Shown one piece after another: positions 12,332 to 25,245 of a DNA stretch of 64,000 nt. Source of the DNA: Blasia pusilla. Its lineage: Eukaryota. The DNA is taken from the NCBI GenBank assembly GCA_050084515.1, contig CM114271.1:9300001-9364000 (forward strand), read 5' to 3'. The position numbers and the translations under genes are program-made. The notes under the pieces are model-generated. The model made no database searches and had not been told where the DNA came from. It was given only the letters and a program-made list of their open reading frames with translations. Within the stretch, counting starts at the first letter, position 1. Every line of letters starts with the position of its first letter.

Positions 12332-13723
12332 CTTGGCCCATGACTCGCCATTTATGAATGAAAGGAAATTGTGAGTTGGCCCTAATCCTGGCAATGGCAT
12401 CCATCTCCGCGGTCTTTCCATCAAGTATTTATATTTGACGCAATAAGTTTTTGAAGCTTTCAGGATCAGCCAAAGTTGTTTCTCCTCAACTGCCATGATC
12501 TCCCCTTGGCCAGGGATACCCAGAAGTTGTTCACAAATTTGTGATTCCATTTTCAATTTGATAATACCGAGAAGTTGTTCATAAATTTGTGATTCCATTG
12601 TCAATTTGATCACTCCAGGCTTTGATCCTAGAGAATTTTTGTACACATCGGCCACTTTCATTTCCATATCCTCCTTGATGTGTCTCTGGATTGCATCTGT
12701 GACAAGATGAGTGTGAGACCCAACATGAATTTCCAGGCTTGTGTACTCAGACATAGAATTATAGTCGTGCACTATGAAAAAAGTATAAGCGGAAAATGCT
12801 CTAACATAAAAAAGGGAGGCTCAACAATGAGGACATCGATGGCCACTTGGCGGTATGGTCGTACCGATGGCGCAAGGAGTTTCTGCATTCTTATTGGGGA
12901 ATTGTGATGTATTCACTACTTTGTTCCGCCCTAGGAAGGGGCATCCTAAACTTCTACACTCTAAGGCTCCAACGCAGTGGCGACAAGATATAATCCAAGG
13001 ACCACCTAGGATTGAAGCGCTTGTCCGTTGCAGTTTGCATCATCGCCGAGAGTCCAATTTTCGGTCCATACCCTTCAAGCGCCCTCCATCTTTTTTCTGA
13101 GCATGACCGATAAGTGGAGGCAACTAAAATATACAGTTTCCATCATACGTTGCTGGTAGCTCATCCACGAGAATGTGCTTTAAGAGTTTCAAGGGAAGAG
13201 ATGAAAGCAAAGAATTTCCCGAAACTCCATGCAGGAACGAGTAAGCAGATGTTGAGTCTAACATGTTTCTAATAGATCTTGTGAGATCGACGACATCCGA
13301 AATGTACCCACCTTCAACTGCATTATTATGAGCTTGTGAGTTTGGAGTCGATGCTGGATCGGCGGAAGAAACCGTGCCAAACATGGAGCATGGAGCACTT
13401 GAAGATTTCGAACCATCTTTATGGGTGGAAGTGGGCCTCATAGGTAGGTCATAAACTCTGAATTGTCCATTGGAGTAGGGTAAGAGGTTTCACACTTTGG
13501 AGCCTCCAATCTCCGGTTGGACTATTTCACCAATGATGTCGTCCGTTCCATCAACCTTGACATAATGGGATACAAAGATGGTTCCAACCAGGAGCAGAAA
13601 TCGGAATGAAAGGAAATGTTCTTCAACAATTACATGAGTGCCACTAGGTTGGGCTCGAATTATCTCCGATTGAGGAAGGGCCGCTATATGACTGCCACAT
13701 GTGAGCTTCACATAATTTTCCAT
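12332..13723 (-). pseudogene. Cys/His-rich (GCM/WRKY-like zinc-finger) transposase-like gene, truncated by the Copia LTR
   Basis: Inverted duplicate of 57262-58657; begins MENYVKLTCGSH; homologous to ORF 33467..34024. Confidence 0.5.
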
Positions 13724-13979
13724 TTGGGTCAGACCAGAGATCTGATTCGCCCAAATAGACAAATAAGAATGAGAATGTTGAATTTATAGTGAGCAGTGTC
13801 CGTTTATAGTCTAACATGCAGTTGGTAGTTAGGTTGAACCATCGCCACTTGACTAGACCTGCCATAAAGGAATATTCAGAAATTCTTGTTCATGACATGT
13901 GGGGAAAGATCTCCTAGGGATCCTTCAATCTGTAGGAATCCAACGAGTTTAATAGTCAAAGAGCCCGTTGATTGTTGGG

Positions 13980-14830
13980 AAAATGCAACCCGTCTGAGTC
14001 AGACGGGTTGAAAGGTAGAATGCAAGGGAACTACAATCCGTTGGAGTCCGACGGGTTGGAAACCACCAGGTAGGATATCAATAGTACGACTCGTAGCAGT
14101 TGAATTTACTCGAGTTTGGCTGGGACAGTACGACTCGTCGGATTTCGTCCGTTCATTTTGCAATCAGTTGGATTCAAACGGGTTGCAATTGCAAAGGTCC
14201 AAATGTCTTGAGGTCGGATTCCATGGCTTCGTGGGAGCGGCAAATGGAATGGCGAATGGATTGGAAAAATGACCGGACCGTATTATGAGATACTCTTGCG
14301 CAAGCTGTCGGAGTGTGACAGGTTGTCCTCAGACCATCGTGCCTGACTCGTGCAACCCGTCAAACTCAAACGGGTTGCGCGGGCACCGTTTTGCCTAACT
14401 GGTGCAACTCATCGGACTTCGACAGGTTTCAAGAGTTGGGTAGGATTGGCCCCCCAGCAACCCGTACGACTCCGACGGATTGCATCAGTTAGGCAGGCTG
14501 GGTCCTGTGCAACCCGTCGAACTCCAACGGGTTGCACGAGTTAGGCAAGCAAGGTCCCGTGAAACCCGTTGGAGTCCAACGGGTTGCACAAACTGGGCAC
14601 GATGGACCTCGTACAACTCGTCACAGCTCGATGGGTTGCACAAACTGGGCAGGATGGTCCCTGTGCAACCCGTCGGAGTCCGACGGGTTGACTCCGATGG
14701 GTTGCAAATAGAGTCTGGGGCGTATTGCCCAAGCATTGTTGTTGTAACCCATCAAAACTCGACGGGTTGCAACCAGCCCACGCGGAACATGCATTGTAAG
14801 GGTCCACCATCGTACAACCGGTCAACGGTC
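13980..14830. repeat. CAACCCGTCG/CGACGGGTTG palindrome array upstream of the GCM-like gene
   Basis: Many imperfect copies, e.g. tgcaacccgtcggagtccgacgggttg near 14664-14690. Confidence 0.85.
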
Positions 14831-16100
14831 GCTGTCACACCAACGATTGAGTCCAACGACTCTAAAAGTATATAAGGACCACTTTCGAGGATTTTCACTT
14901 TTCCATTCTACGGTTTTCAACGGTGCTTTCAACTCCCCTCTTCACGCGAGTACCAAAACTGCCTTTCCAGTTTCTTAGACATTTCAACCGTTGATCGGTA
15001 TCTCTTCATTTGCGGGCTAGTGAAAGTGAAAGTGCTGGTCATTTTTTAAATACAGTAGGTGGCTTGGCCTAATTACTCAGACCTATCTAAACTCGTCGTA
15101 CTTAGGCCAGACAACAACGAGTGTTCTAAATTCAAATTTGGCCATAGGTGGGCTTGGGAACTGCATCCGCAGGTTTTCTAATCGTCTCTTTGAATCAGAG
15201 AGGGGTTTCGGGAAGACAAGTGCCGTTGGTTGAATCAGTCACACTTCTCGATCACTGAAACTGCTGCCAATTCTGCCTTCTTGAGATCATCTTTCCTTAA
15301 CCAAACGAAATGACTCGTGGCGCTGATACCCTCCAGGACTCCTTTGAGGCAACGTGTGCACAAAGGAGCAAATCGACTGCTATGCAAATTTTTAACGGTC
15401 ACGATGGCGCCAAGTGTATTATCGATGGAATTTTGTAATTCCTTTATTTCATTCCATAAAAATGCTTAAATATAGAAACTTCAAAACCATTTATTTTCAT
15501 TACTTTTCCCTCGGTTAATTAAGGTTGGAAAGACTGTGCCGAATGAATTTACGCTTTGATGCGTTTCATCATTCGGCCTTCATTACTTACTTATGAAATT
15601 TGTAATACACTGGAAATAAAAATTCATTGGACGATCAAATATATTGAAAAAGAGAAGGAAATAAAAAATTCATAGGACGATCAAATAAATTGAAAAGTAA
15701 AACGAAAGTATGCCTACATTATTTCATGGAATAATTATTCCTCTCTTTTCATTGTAATCTCGCATCTTTACCATAAAGTAAACACCCAAAATATCCTTAA
15801 GGGGAAAGCGAGTAGGAATTCAATTTCCTCCATGTCTTTCTTCATGGGTATTCTAGGCATCGACATGCGATGAACTATTTTTTGTAACTTTTTTCTAAGA
15901 GGAGTTAATGAATAACAAAATTTCCCTTTAAATTTGATTGAGTCCCAATAAGTAGCTTTCCATTTGCAAAAAAAAAGGTTTGTTATCTTTTGAAGGGGGG
16001 AAATTTTGATTATTACACATAAGCGGGGACCCTTATGTGTAAGGATATATGTATACTAGTAATAATTTATGTGACCCTTATGTGTAACGATATATGTGTA

Positions 16101-18929
16101 CTAGTAAGAATGCCCGTGCGATGCATTGGAATCAATCATTACATTAAAAAATAAAATTTTAATAATTTTTAATTAAAAAATGTGCCATGACCAAACCAAC
16201 TAGCGCGCACCCGGATTCGAACCCGGGGTGTTTAACGTCACGGGTTTGAATCTGGATGCGTCCATGGCATATTTTTGTTTGCAAAGTTATTGGTCAAAGC
16301 ATATGTTGAATTTGTGGTTTTGTTCACAGGTATTTTCAAGTCGTGTGAAAACGCTACCTTTCGAATATTGTGCAGTGATGTGATTATGATCATCGCTATT
16401 TATCCATGGAGTAACTGTTTGGGTAATTTGTGGATATTGTATGTTTTTACTTGTTGAGGTTGTAATCTCTCCGGAACCGGATATGTATCTTCCGAACATA
16501 GTAGTAACTATCCAAGAACTACACATCTTGATCCACCTTATGAAATGTGGAAAATCATTGAAGAACCGTCAAACGGAGTGAAAATTGAGGAGATAGAGTC
16601 AAGAGGTGTTTTAAATGGAAAATTATGGATTGCTACGTGTTGAACGATCACACAGCATTCGGCCTTGATTATGGGAAACGCTACAGGGTGAAAGGATTTG
16701 CTTTCCTTGCTCGAAGAAAGATTATCTCGTTAATCATTTAGCGTCGTCAAGATTGCGGAGACGAACAAAATAATCAATCCTTGGTTTTTAAGTCGAGGAA
16801 CAAAGATCGCTACTGCAGTTAAGATTGGAAAATCACGTTGTGCGCAAGGAGGGTCTGGAGCTAGCACTCACACATCTTGATGAGGTCCTCTAGTTGAAAC
16901 AAAAAATAAACCGCTCACGGAGGGAAAAAAAAAGCCTTGCACACAAGCCTAAGAGAGGACATCAAGGCCCTTGGGAGACCAATAGAAGAAGCAACCCACT
17001 AGGGATCACCCATTACTCAAGGTGTTCATAAGAAGCGGTTCTCGCCCTTTCGTCCTCTACCATAGATAGCTCCTAGCAATATGGAAAGCAACATGCATCC
17101 ATCCTAACCAGCGCTCTACAATGTCCATGACCACTGGGGAGACTTTGAGTCTTTATCCATTGCTCTAGGTTGCTATTACCTCAGGCCAGAGAAGAGGATT
17201 CAAGAATTTCGGTGATATGTACCGGATTCCAATCCAGAGGAATCGAATAGCAACGCAGTGACGTAAATAAAAGTGAAATCCGTAAAGAGCTGAAGCCTAC
17301 AAAACCTCAACGGTGCTGGTAATCTGCAGGGCATTGATTGAAACTTTAGAGGAAAGCCCACCAACAATAGTGCATTGCTCACACATAGCTCAAAATCAGA
17401 GTGCTGAAGCTCGTCTCTAAATCTCGGACGCCCAGAGTCGGTCGTCAAATTGGTCGATATAAAACAGATCAATGGGCCCTTACTACGCTATACTTCCTGG
17501 CCATGGGAAAGGGAAAAAGATTTTTTTCAAGAACAACACCCTACTACACAATTGTAAGCAACAAAGATTGATCTATTACTATTAGACGTAGAGAATCGGA
17601 GGAAGGAGAACTTAACCCGTGCAAGCATGGACACCCAAAATTACAGAGATTCAAAAATCACCCACTCCTAATCCATTCTCTTGTCGGATGAATAACTGTC
17701 ACAAACCACGGGCAACACACGGGCATTCTCTTCGACGCTAACAGACGATCGGATGACGCAATCCCCACCACGCCTCTCTATTGGCATAGACGATTGCTTC
17801 GTTGGATCCAAGGGCGGGAGTCAAAGTGTCCATGCAACAAGAGTAGTATGGGGTCATGAATGTGGGTTCTACGAGAGGATGAGTCATTTCACTCCAAGAT
17901 CTATACAAAAGCGGAGCTTCCTAGGGATCGTGAAGTAGGATAGAGTGCGAGACAAATAACATTAGGGTGTTTGATGCTTGGGAAAATGCCTTCACAGCCT
18001 GCACGCGAGGCCTCTTCCCCAAAGATCTCAACTAAACCCGACGCTCGTGGGAAGGATCTAGTTGTGCAGCCCAGTCTAGACGGATTAGACTCGAGGGAAT
18101 GGCAAAAGCCTAGCAAGCAACCGGCGAAGAGCACCCACATTCGGAAAACAAGTCACGACACTACAGGCGGCCTCGTAGCGAGCGGCAACAATTCTCTCTT
18201 TCTCTCAAATTTGGCTGAAATTCGCACCCGCGCAGAGATTTGGGTCGGGTGGAAGGAGCTGTTCTGACAGAGGCCTCTTGATGAACAAAAGACAGATCGA
18301 GATTTGGTTCTTATAAGAAATTTCCTCCGAGCTTGTGCAAACAATTGAATCAAAGACTCCTCAAAAAATCTTTGCATAAATCTTCCATTCGGGGATAGGG
18401 TCTTGGATTCCATCACCAGAATCCACAACCATAAGAATTAGGAATCCACAGCCAAAAGAATTTTACCTTGAAATTGCCTTCGCCCCTTTGTCGCGATTTC
18501 ACCACCTTGGGCAGAGTTTCACCACCTTCAATGCCTTTTCACCACCTCTTGTGTCACGTTGTTCAGATCCTCTGACGATAGTGTGAAGACTGCTCCAACT
18601 TAGAGAGAGCGCATATTTTATGGGCCATTCTAAATTTCTCTACTCGTCTAGTGAGCTAATAGGTTTCATATTACGGCTCGTTAGTTCAAAAGGGTGTGAC
18701 AACTTTCCCATCAAATAAAATCTTTGTGAAATAGGACCCCTTCAAATATAAGGTTGTCTAGAATTTCTAACTCTTTCGTGAAATAACATCCCCTCCAAAT
18801 ATACGCTCATATCCAATTTTTAACTCTTTCTCACAAGTGTATAGTTCCACTCACTACATCTGGGGGGCTTCACTTCTTTGGGGGAGTTACCAAAAGAAGT
18901 AACCCCCCCTCCTCACATTATAGTATAGA
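16101..18929 (-). mobile_element. Non-autonomous Helitron (2.8 kb)
   Basis: On the minus strand: A|TCTATACTATAATGTGAGG 5' end at 18929, 3' end TGCATCGCACGGGCATTCTTACTAG|T at 16101. Inserted between A and T; no convincing ORF. Confidence 0.85.
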
Positions 18930-19569
18930 TGTTACATGTCATAGGAATGACATGATCGGGAGGAAAAAATTGCGAAAACTTGTAGGCTTGGTAAAAATAG
19001 TGATAAATTCCAAAAAAATTTAATAATCATAAAAGTAAAATAAAATGGAAAAAGTCTAATTTTTTAAACCACTAAATTTTGAAAGAAAATGGGAGGGAAA
19101 AAAAACCTGCCTTTTCAGTCAAAAAATTGCCTAGATTTTATGGCCTCTCCCAATTGTTCAAAATTTGTGGGTGGCTAAAAGGGTAAGCTATAATGGGGTC
19201 GAGTCTCAAACAGAGCTACGAAGTTCAGCAGTTGATTTGAACGTGGAAAGTGTAAGAAATTAGAGCGGCTGATTGCTGAAGTGGAAGACAACATGCGTCT
19301 ACCCATAAGTACGCTTTGTCGAAGGCTCTTTATGACGTTTGACCATTGGAACGTAGTTCATGATTGTGAGCTGGTATTTGGCATTGATAAATGGATGGCA
19401 GTCCTGCCGACTTCCCACTAACACTTTTCTCCTTTTTCCTTTCTTTTTTACTTTCCACAGATTCGTCAGACTCCCCGAAAAGGAGGAGGAGAATCATAAA
19501 TAAGGAAACTCATTCATGAGACTCAAATGAAAGATTCTCTGAAGCACCGAACGATTAGCGTTGCGTACA

Positions 19570-22500
19570 TCTATACTATAATGTGAGGAAGGGGGGGTTA
19601 CTTCTTTTGGTAACTCCCCGTTCCCAAAGAAGTGAAGCTCCTCCACAAGTGGTGGTCTAAAATGTCTAAAATTTGACTGAAATTTTATTTAGACGGCCAT
19701 CTACTTGAGTGAGGTGAGAAGCCACGTTATTTTTGAACGAGCTACACGGCCTCTATTTACACAAGTGTGCATACGGTATTGGTTAGAGGCTTATGAGGTG
19801 GTCATCAACACAAAATCTTCCGAGGCTTCGGCTCTCACAAGTGTGCATATGGTACTGGTTCCAGGCTTGTGAGGCCCTCATCCGCACAATTGGTACCATA
19901 GTTACAGTAGTAAAAAAAGTATAATTGTGGAAAGTTACAGAAGATCTGGGAGAAAGTTGCAGTTGGAGCGCAAGTTGGAGCGAAGGGCAAGTTGGAGTCG
20001 TGGGTGGAAGGAAGGTGTGGTTGTATGAACGAAGCCTCGATCCGAAAAGCCATGTTCCGATCGAAAGGGGAGATTTGTGTTCCAATGTGAAGGTGAGCTT
20101 TTGTTCCCATCCGATTCAAAGTAAGCCCTGTTTTTGGTCCGAAGGTTAGATTTGTATTCGATTTGTATCCTTTCGAAATGCTCGATTCGTACTCGAACGA
20201 GTTGCAACCGATCGGATCCGATTACGTCATGGCTCGAAAATCGTTGAGATCTTGACGAAAGTGTTTCGATCAATAAAACACACGGTGACTCGGTGTGGAG
20301 AGTGTCTCCAAAATGAAAAAGCGAGAATTATCGCTTTTGCCATTGTTGCCCATCGATTGCACCTAAGGAGAGTGCGCATTTGCTCAGTGCTTGGAGAACC
20401 GGTTGGCGTTTCGTGAAGTCGCTATCGGTGGATCCTAGCAATTATGACGATGCACCTCGTAAGGGGATCAGAGAATTTGGAGGAGGTGCGTTTCACGGTT
20501 GCGCCAATGCCCAAAATTCATAATCGTGGGGCCTCGAATGTAGGCTAACAAAGATCTTTGTGTCGATTTAGGGCATGTGCAAATCTTTGTTAGTCGATGG
20601 ATTCGGCTTGAGTGTGGGACATTTCATCCGGCTAGAAGAGGGCGACGCGAATCTCACTCGGTGGGAGTCTGCGTGGTGCATAGGTGAATCAAATTCTGAG
20701 GGCAAAAGATATCAAGATCGCAGAAGATTCCTACGAAAGATTAGACCGATACGAATGGGTTCGAAAAGACTTTCCTTTTCCCAAACTAGAGCGAGCTCGA
20801 CCCCTGCATAGTGACTTTCTTTGTGTTTGGAACAATAGAGCCCTCGCTTCAACTTCACTTTCCAAAGCAATCACTTTCTGGTTCCTTCCCTTGATTGTCA
20901 TAGTAGAAGGTCAGTAATGCCTTTCAAAGTCGCTTTTGCCCGAGTGCGGTTGCTATGCACACATTCTGCGACTTTTGTAAGTAATTTGAGTCATGAAGGT
21001 CTACAAAGTGTCAGGAAGACACTTAGAATTGCGGAGACAGTTTGAACCGAAACATTGGTTTCATGAAAGCTTCTCGTAGTTAGAATCTTTGGCTTCCTTC
21101 GTTTTTATCCGTGGGTTTTGAGTTATGGCAAGAAAGAATTCAAGTTTTCACTTTTCATCCTCGGGTACTACGGTTGCAACGAATCTTGTCGCTTTTGGAG
21201 AGAAAGGGCGAACGGACAAAGATTGTGTGTCACAAGGTTTTTTTTTTCCTTCCTGCTGATATTCAAGGCTTGCAATCTAGAGGGGAAGACTCGCATGTAA
21301 GAATCAGAGACTGTAATAGACAACAAATTACTGACACACGATATTTTCGTCAAGAGGAAAAGCACTCCATTAACGGAAATAGTACCTATTGAGCCAGATC
21401 AATAGATAGCTCTCAGAAGAAAATTGCTCTTGGCTATGGCAGAGTGATGATCTTCTCATGAAGGGTAGTCCGCAGAGAGGGTTTAGGGTCTGAGTGACCA
21501 ACCACAACTTGCACACTCTGAGTCGCATAGAGAAGAATTTGACACCTTGGCTAAAACACGTTGAGGCAAGTTTGCGCCTTGAAAAATCCCACCGCCTGCA
21601 CCACCGGGATCTTGCCATCTTTATCGATATCCGCTCTTGAAAATAATCCTCAAAAGTACTGAGATTTGCCATTTCAAAGGTACATGGAACGATGGCGGTA
21701 CCGCAAGCAATGACAACAGTCAATCGATTAGCCTATACGATCCCTCGATAAGACAACAATCGACTACAATTGTTGTTCCTTGATATCCAAAGACCCCTTT
21801 CCACCGAAAACGACCGCGACGTTCGCACAAACCAATCACACGCAAGAAGGAAAACGCCATGATTGATTGAACTCGCCGATTCGCAGAGTTCCCGTCCGCG
21901 ACTCGCCTAGAGCCCGATGCGGAGAGCAGACCAAGATTGCTACCGGGACCTTGGACCGTTAACTTTCTCGCCACGTTCTTCTCTTCTCTATGCGCACCAA
22001 TGCAGCATTTCTATCCATCAATGCGGACTACATCTACGCTCCGAACGCGTATGTAGGGAGCCTTCGCACCTGCCGGTCAGGTTACCGGCAGGGGTTGGGG
22101 TAAGGCTAGGCAACGCGATTTTTTTTGGAAAGTTCATTCGTTTTGGGATCGGCAAATGAGAGTGACAAGAGCGATTCAGGGATCATTTTCGAGTCTGAAA
22201 TTTTACAATCAGGAATTCTCTCACACCACAAAATTTCATGGCCATTGTGAACTTCAAAGCGCAATACGAAGGCATATATTTATGGTGATTAATCTAAATT
22301 GACGTCTTCATGGCATATGTTATACAACAGAGGGTCCTGTTTCATCCGAAAAATCAAGAGATTCTTGTTGTGTGATTAGAATGTGGACAAACACAATTTT
22401 ATTGAATAGGTCATTGTTATGAATCGGAATTTTGGGCCGAAAACAACAAGGCATGTGGAGTATCACTTCGCAAGGTTACGTCTCCAACGCAACTTGGGAT

Positions 22501-22728
22501 TTCTGGCCATGAAGCTTCCCAAATAGCCTATTTAGTACCCGACATCTGCTCCCTGTGGGTGTGTGTTTTAGGGCAAGTTCATTGTCCGCACCATACGTCT
22601 TGAATATGTAGGTATGCCGTGCATCGCCATCTATCTCTATAATCAGACCTCCGTCCAAACTATACACCGTAACCATCTTTTATCCTTGCTAATTTGGCGC
22701 CCGTGCATCGCACGGGCATTCTTACTAG
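19570..22728 (+). mobile_element. Non-autonomous Helitron (3.16 kb), present only in the left duplicate arm
   Basis: 5' TCTATACTATAATGTGAGG, 3' hairpin GCCCGTGCATCGCACGGGC then CTAG. The empty site GCGTACA|TATTAATG is seen, inverted, at ~51470. Confidence 0.93.
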
Positions 22729-23739
22729 TATTAATGAAAGCAGGATCACAATGGGGTATGTGTGCGCGCGCTGCACCATTGTTTGTGGCGCCCCTCTCTG
22801 CCTTCATTGTTGAACCTAAAAAAAGCGGAAAATCATCGGACACAAAGACCAATTCCGCATAAAGATTCTATCGATCACCCTTGCCAATGGAGGCCCATTG
22901 CATTATTATCGTAGTTGCTTCCTTTCCGTATGTGTGTTCGTATTGACCGTGGGGGAGAAATCATAGTGATCGGACTAAAACAATTTTAAACAACGCCAAT
23001 TCCTTTCGACTAGGTCGGGGTAGTTTTTTCATGAGAATTGGTAAATTTCCGGTCTTTACATATGAGAACGGAAATTTATTTTTTTTTTTTTTTTTTTGGC
23101 CAGCTAATGACATACAAAGGAGAACTCATGTATTCCTTCGGTTTTGACCGGTGACTGAGAAACCGAATCGGAAATTTTAAATTTATTCCGGCTAGCTCTA
23201 CGCGTAATCCCGGTTCTCCCCGGACATTGGTTTTGACCAATTTAATACGAAATGGATTTTTCTGATTATAATCGGCTACGATTACTTATTACCCTTGATC
23301 TCCCCGATCATTGCACTTAACCGAGGCTTGTCAAAAGTAGGATGAGAAATTGATGTCGAACAAAATTCTGCACAATAAATAAGTAAATTTGTGGATTAGT
23401 ATGGCTTGCAAATGAATGAAAAGGGATTTCTTTCTTCCTTCCTATTTTATTTTGTTATTGGTAGTGAAGGACGAGAATGACTGATAAGAAGGATGACCAT
23501 GAAATATAACATGGAATGACAAAAGTAATTAGCCCAACATAAATAAATGAAGATGACCTTCATGAAGAATGGGAAAGAGGAATTGAATGTGTTCCATTAT
23601 TTCTTGGTTTTCTCTTTTCCTAGTTGGGTTGGTATATATGCCCATGATTTCTTGCAGATTTCTTGCCCCACATGGTAGGAAAATAATTCTTTAAAAAATG
23701 GTAGCAAATAATGGGCGCATTCTTTCTATTAAAAATAGA

Positions 23740-24556
23740 CTAGTAAGGTGCCGTCGATGATGCACAGAAAACAATTTGTTTGAAGAGTTACTGTTTAGTG
23801 AAGAGATTTTCATGTTCACTCATGATCGTGCCTCCTTCTATTTCCAACACTCTCGTGTTTCTGTAATATAATTTCAAATTTTATTTCATTCAAGTATTGT
23901 TTTATATACTACATTTCGTGTGTAGGCACCGTCCTTATTTGAATGTTCATCGCTTCCAAGGGTAATGTGGATGGAACTTCTCTTCCCTACTCTAGATAAT
24001 GCTTCATACAATTGATCGTGAAAAAATACATGAGTAGGCAAGTAAATGCCAACATTTTGCAAAGTTTGACCTTGAGACTTATTAATAGTCATAGCAAAAG
24101 TTGGGCGAATAGGGAATTGAAACCTACGTAAATCAAATGGCAGACCAGAATCCGATGCAATCAATGGAATCCGTGGAATAAAAACTCGATCTCCAATATT
24201 CTTCCCGATAATAATTTCGCCATCTATACAATGTTGCATAACTCCAGGAATCACCAATCTCATCCCGTGTGCTTGTCCTTGTGACCCATTCATGTTTAAA
24301 CGATGCGGAGGCCAGAAGGCAAGCATGTATTCAAAAATTCCATTGGATAGATATGACTCATCCCCTCATTTGGAATAGAGTCGACGCTAAGGTAAATATG
24401 CTCTTGTACAATGTGTAATGAATTCGTGAGAAACAATAATGTATTAGTAAAGATAGTCAGTAAAACAATCCTAAACCCTAAAGCCTAAGAGAAAAAAATC
24501 CATGTAGAAGATGTATGTAGGTTAAGAGAAAAAAATCCATGTAGAAGATGTATGTA
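23740..24556 (-). mobile_element. 3' fragment of an autonomous Helitron (PIF1 helicase C-terminus and CTAG end)
   Basis: ORF 23886..24326 has RRFQFPIRPTFAMTINKSQGQTL...LYEALSRV...TRNVVYK; inverted copy of ~49670-50459. Confidence 0.9.
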
Positions 24557-25245
24557 GCGCCAAGATGCGTTTGGAACAAATAAGGGTGCGTTGGAAAGCT
24601 TATGAAGAGCCGGTCCAAACGCACCAAATATTGCTGCAAACGCATAAGCAACGGCCGAGATACAACCCGAAAATGACTGTAAGTGGAGTCGGGTTGAGGG
24701 CCACAATGAAGGGGAGGGGTTATTGGAGAACCCCAGAAGTACTAGCAAGGGGGAAGGTCTCCGAGAGTGCTTGGAACCCAAACCCCACTTTGGGCGCCGC
24801 GGGGCGGCCCAAGGGCATGGAACGGAACGCGAGTTTGGGGGTTGGGTTGGAAAACCTGCACCAAGTCCATTGAGGCGATTTTAGACATCCCTCTTGGATT
24901 CCACCCCGCGACTCAATTACTTGGGTCTCGGTTCGGAACTCACCCGAGGACCGTTGAACAGTTGGGATTGCTAGGCGCGCAAGTGCCGTTTCAGATCCCT
25001 GGACTAACCAGGAAGTATGTTCCAAGTCTTGAAGGACTTGCCATGTTTTGGAAACTAGGAATTAAGGAAGGTTGAGCTTGATGAGAAACCGAGTTGAGGA
25101 CCCGGTGGGTTGGAACGCTGGTTGGCCCAGACCCGACTAACGAGAGTGCGTGTTTGGGTGCAGATCAGCGATGAGTTCGTGACCTACTGAACGTACGCTT
25201 CCGCAACACTAAAGATTGACGTTCAAGGAGAGTAGGGGCGCGACA
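24555..25245. mobile_element. Partial LTR (distal ~690 bp of the 7794-8784 family)
   Basis: Matches 8072-8784, ends CGCGACA, and is followed by CTACC, which matches 7789-7793. Confidence 0.88.

Noticed and set aside
17200-18428. Short ORFs conserved between 17-18 kb and 52-54 kb suggesting genes
   Set aside because: The conservation is explained by the recent segmental duplication; no motifs are recognisable.
7794-25245. One 17-kb LTR retrotransposon
   Set aside because: Although flanked by the CTACC TSD, the interior is an inverted copy of neighbouring DNA with no gag-pol of its own, and the right LTR lacks its first ~280 bp.
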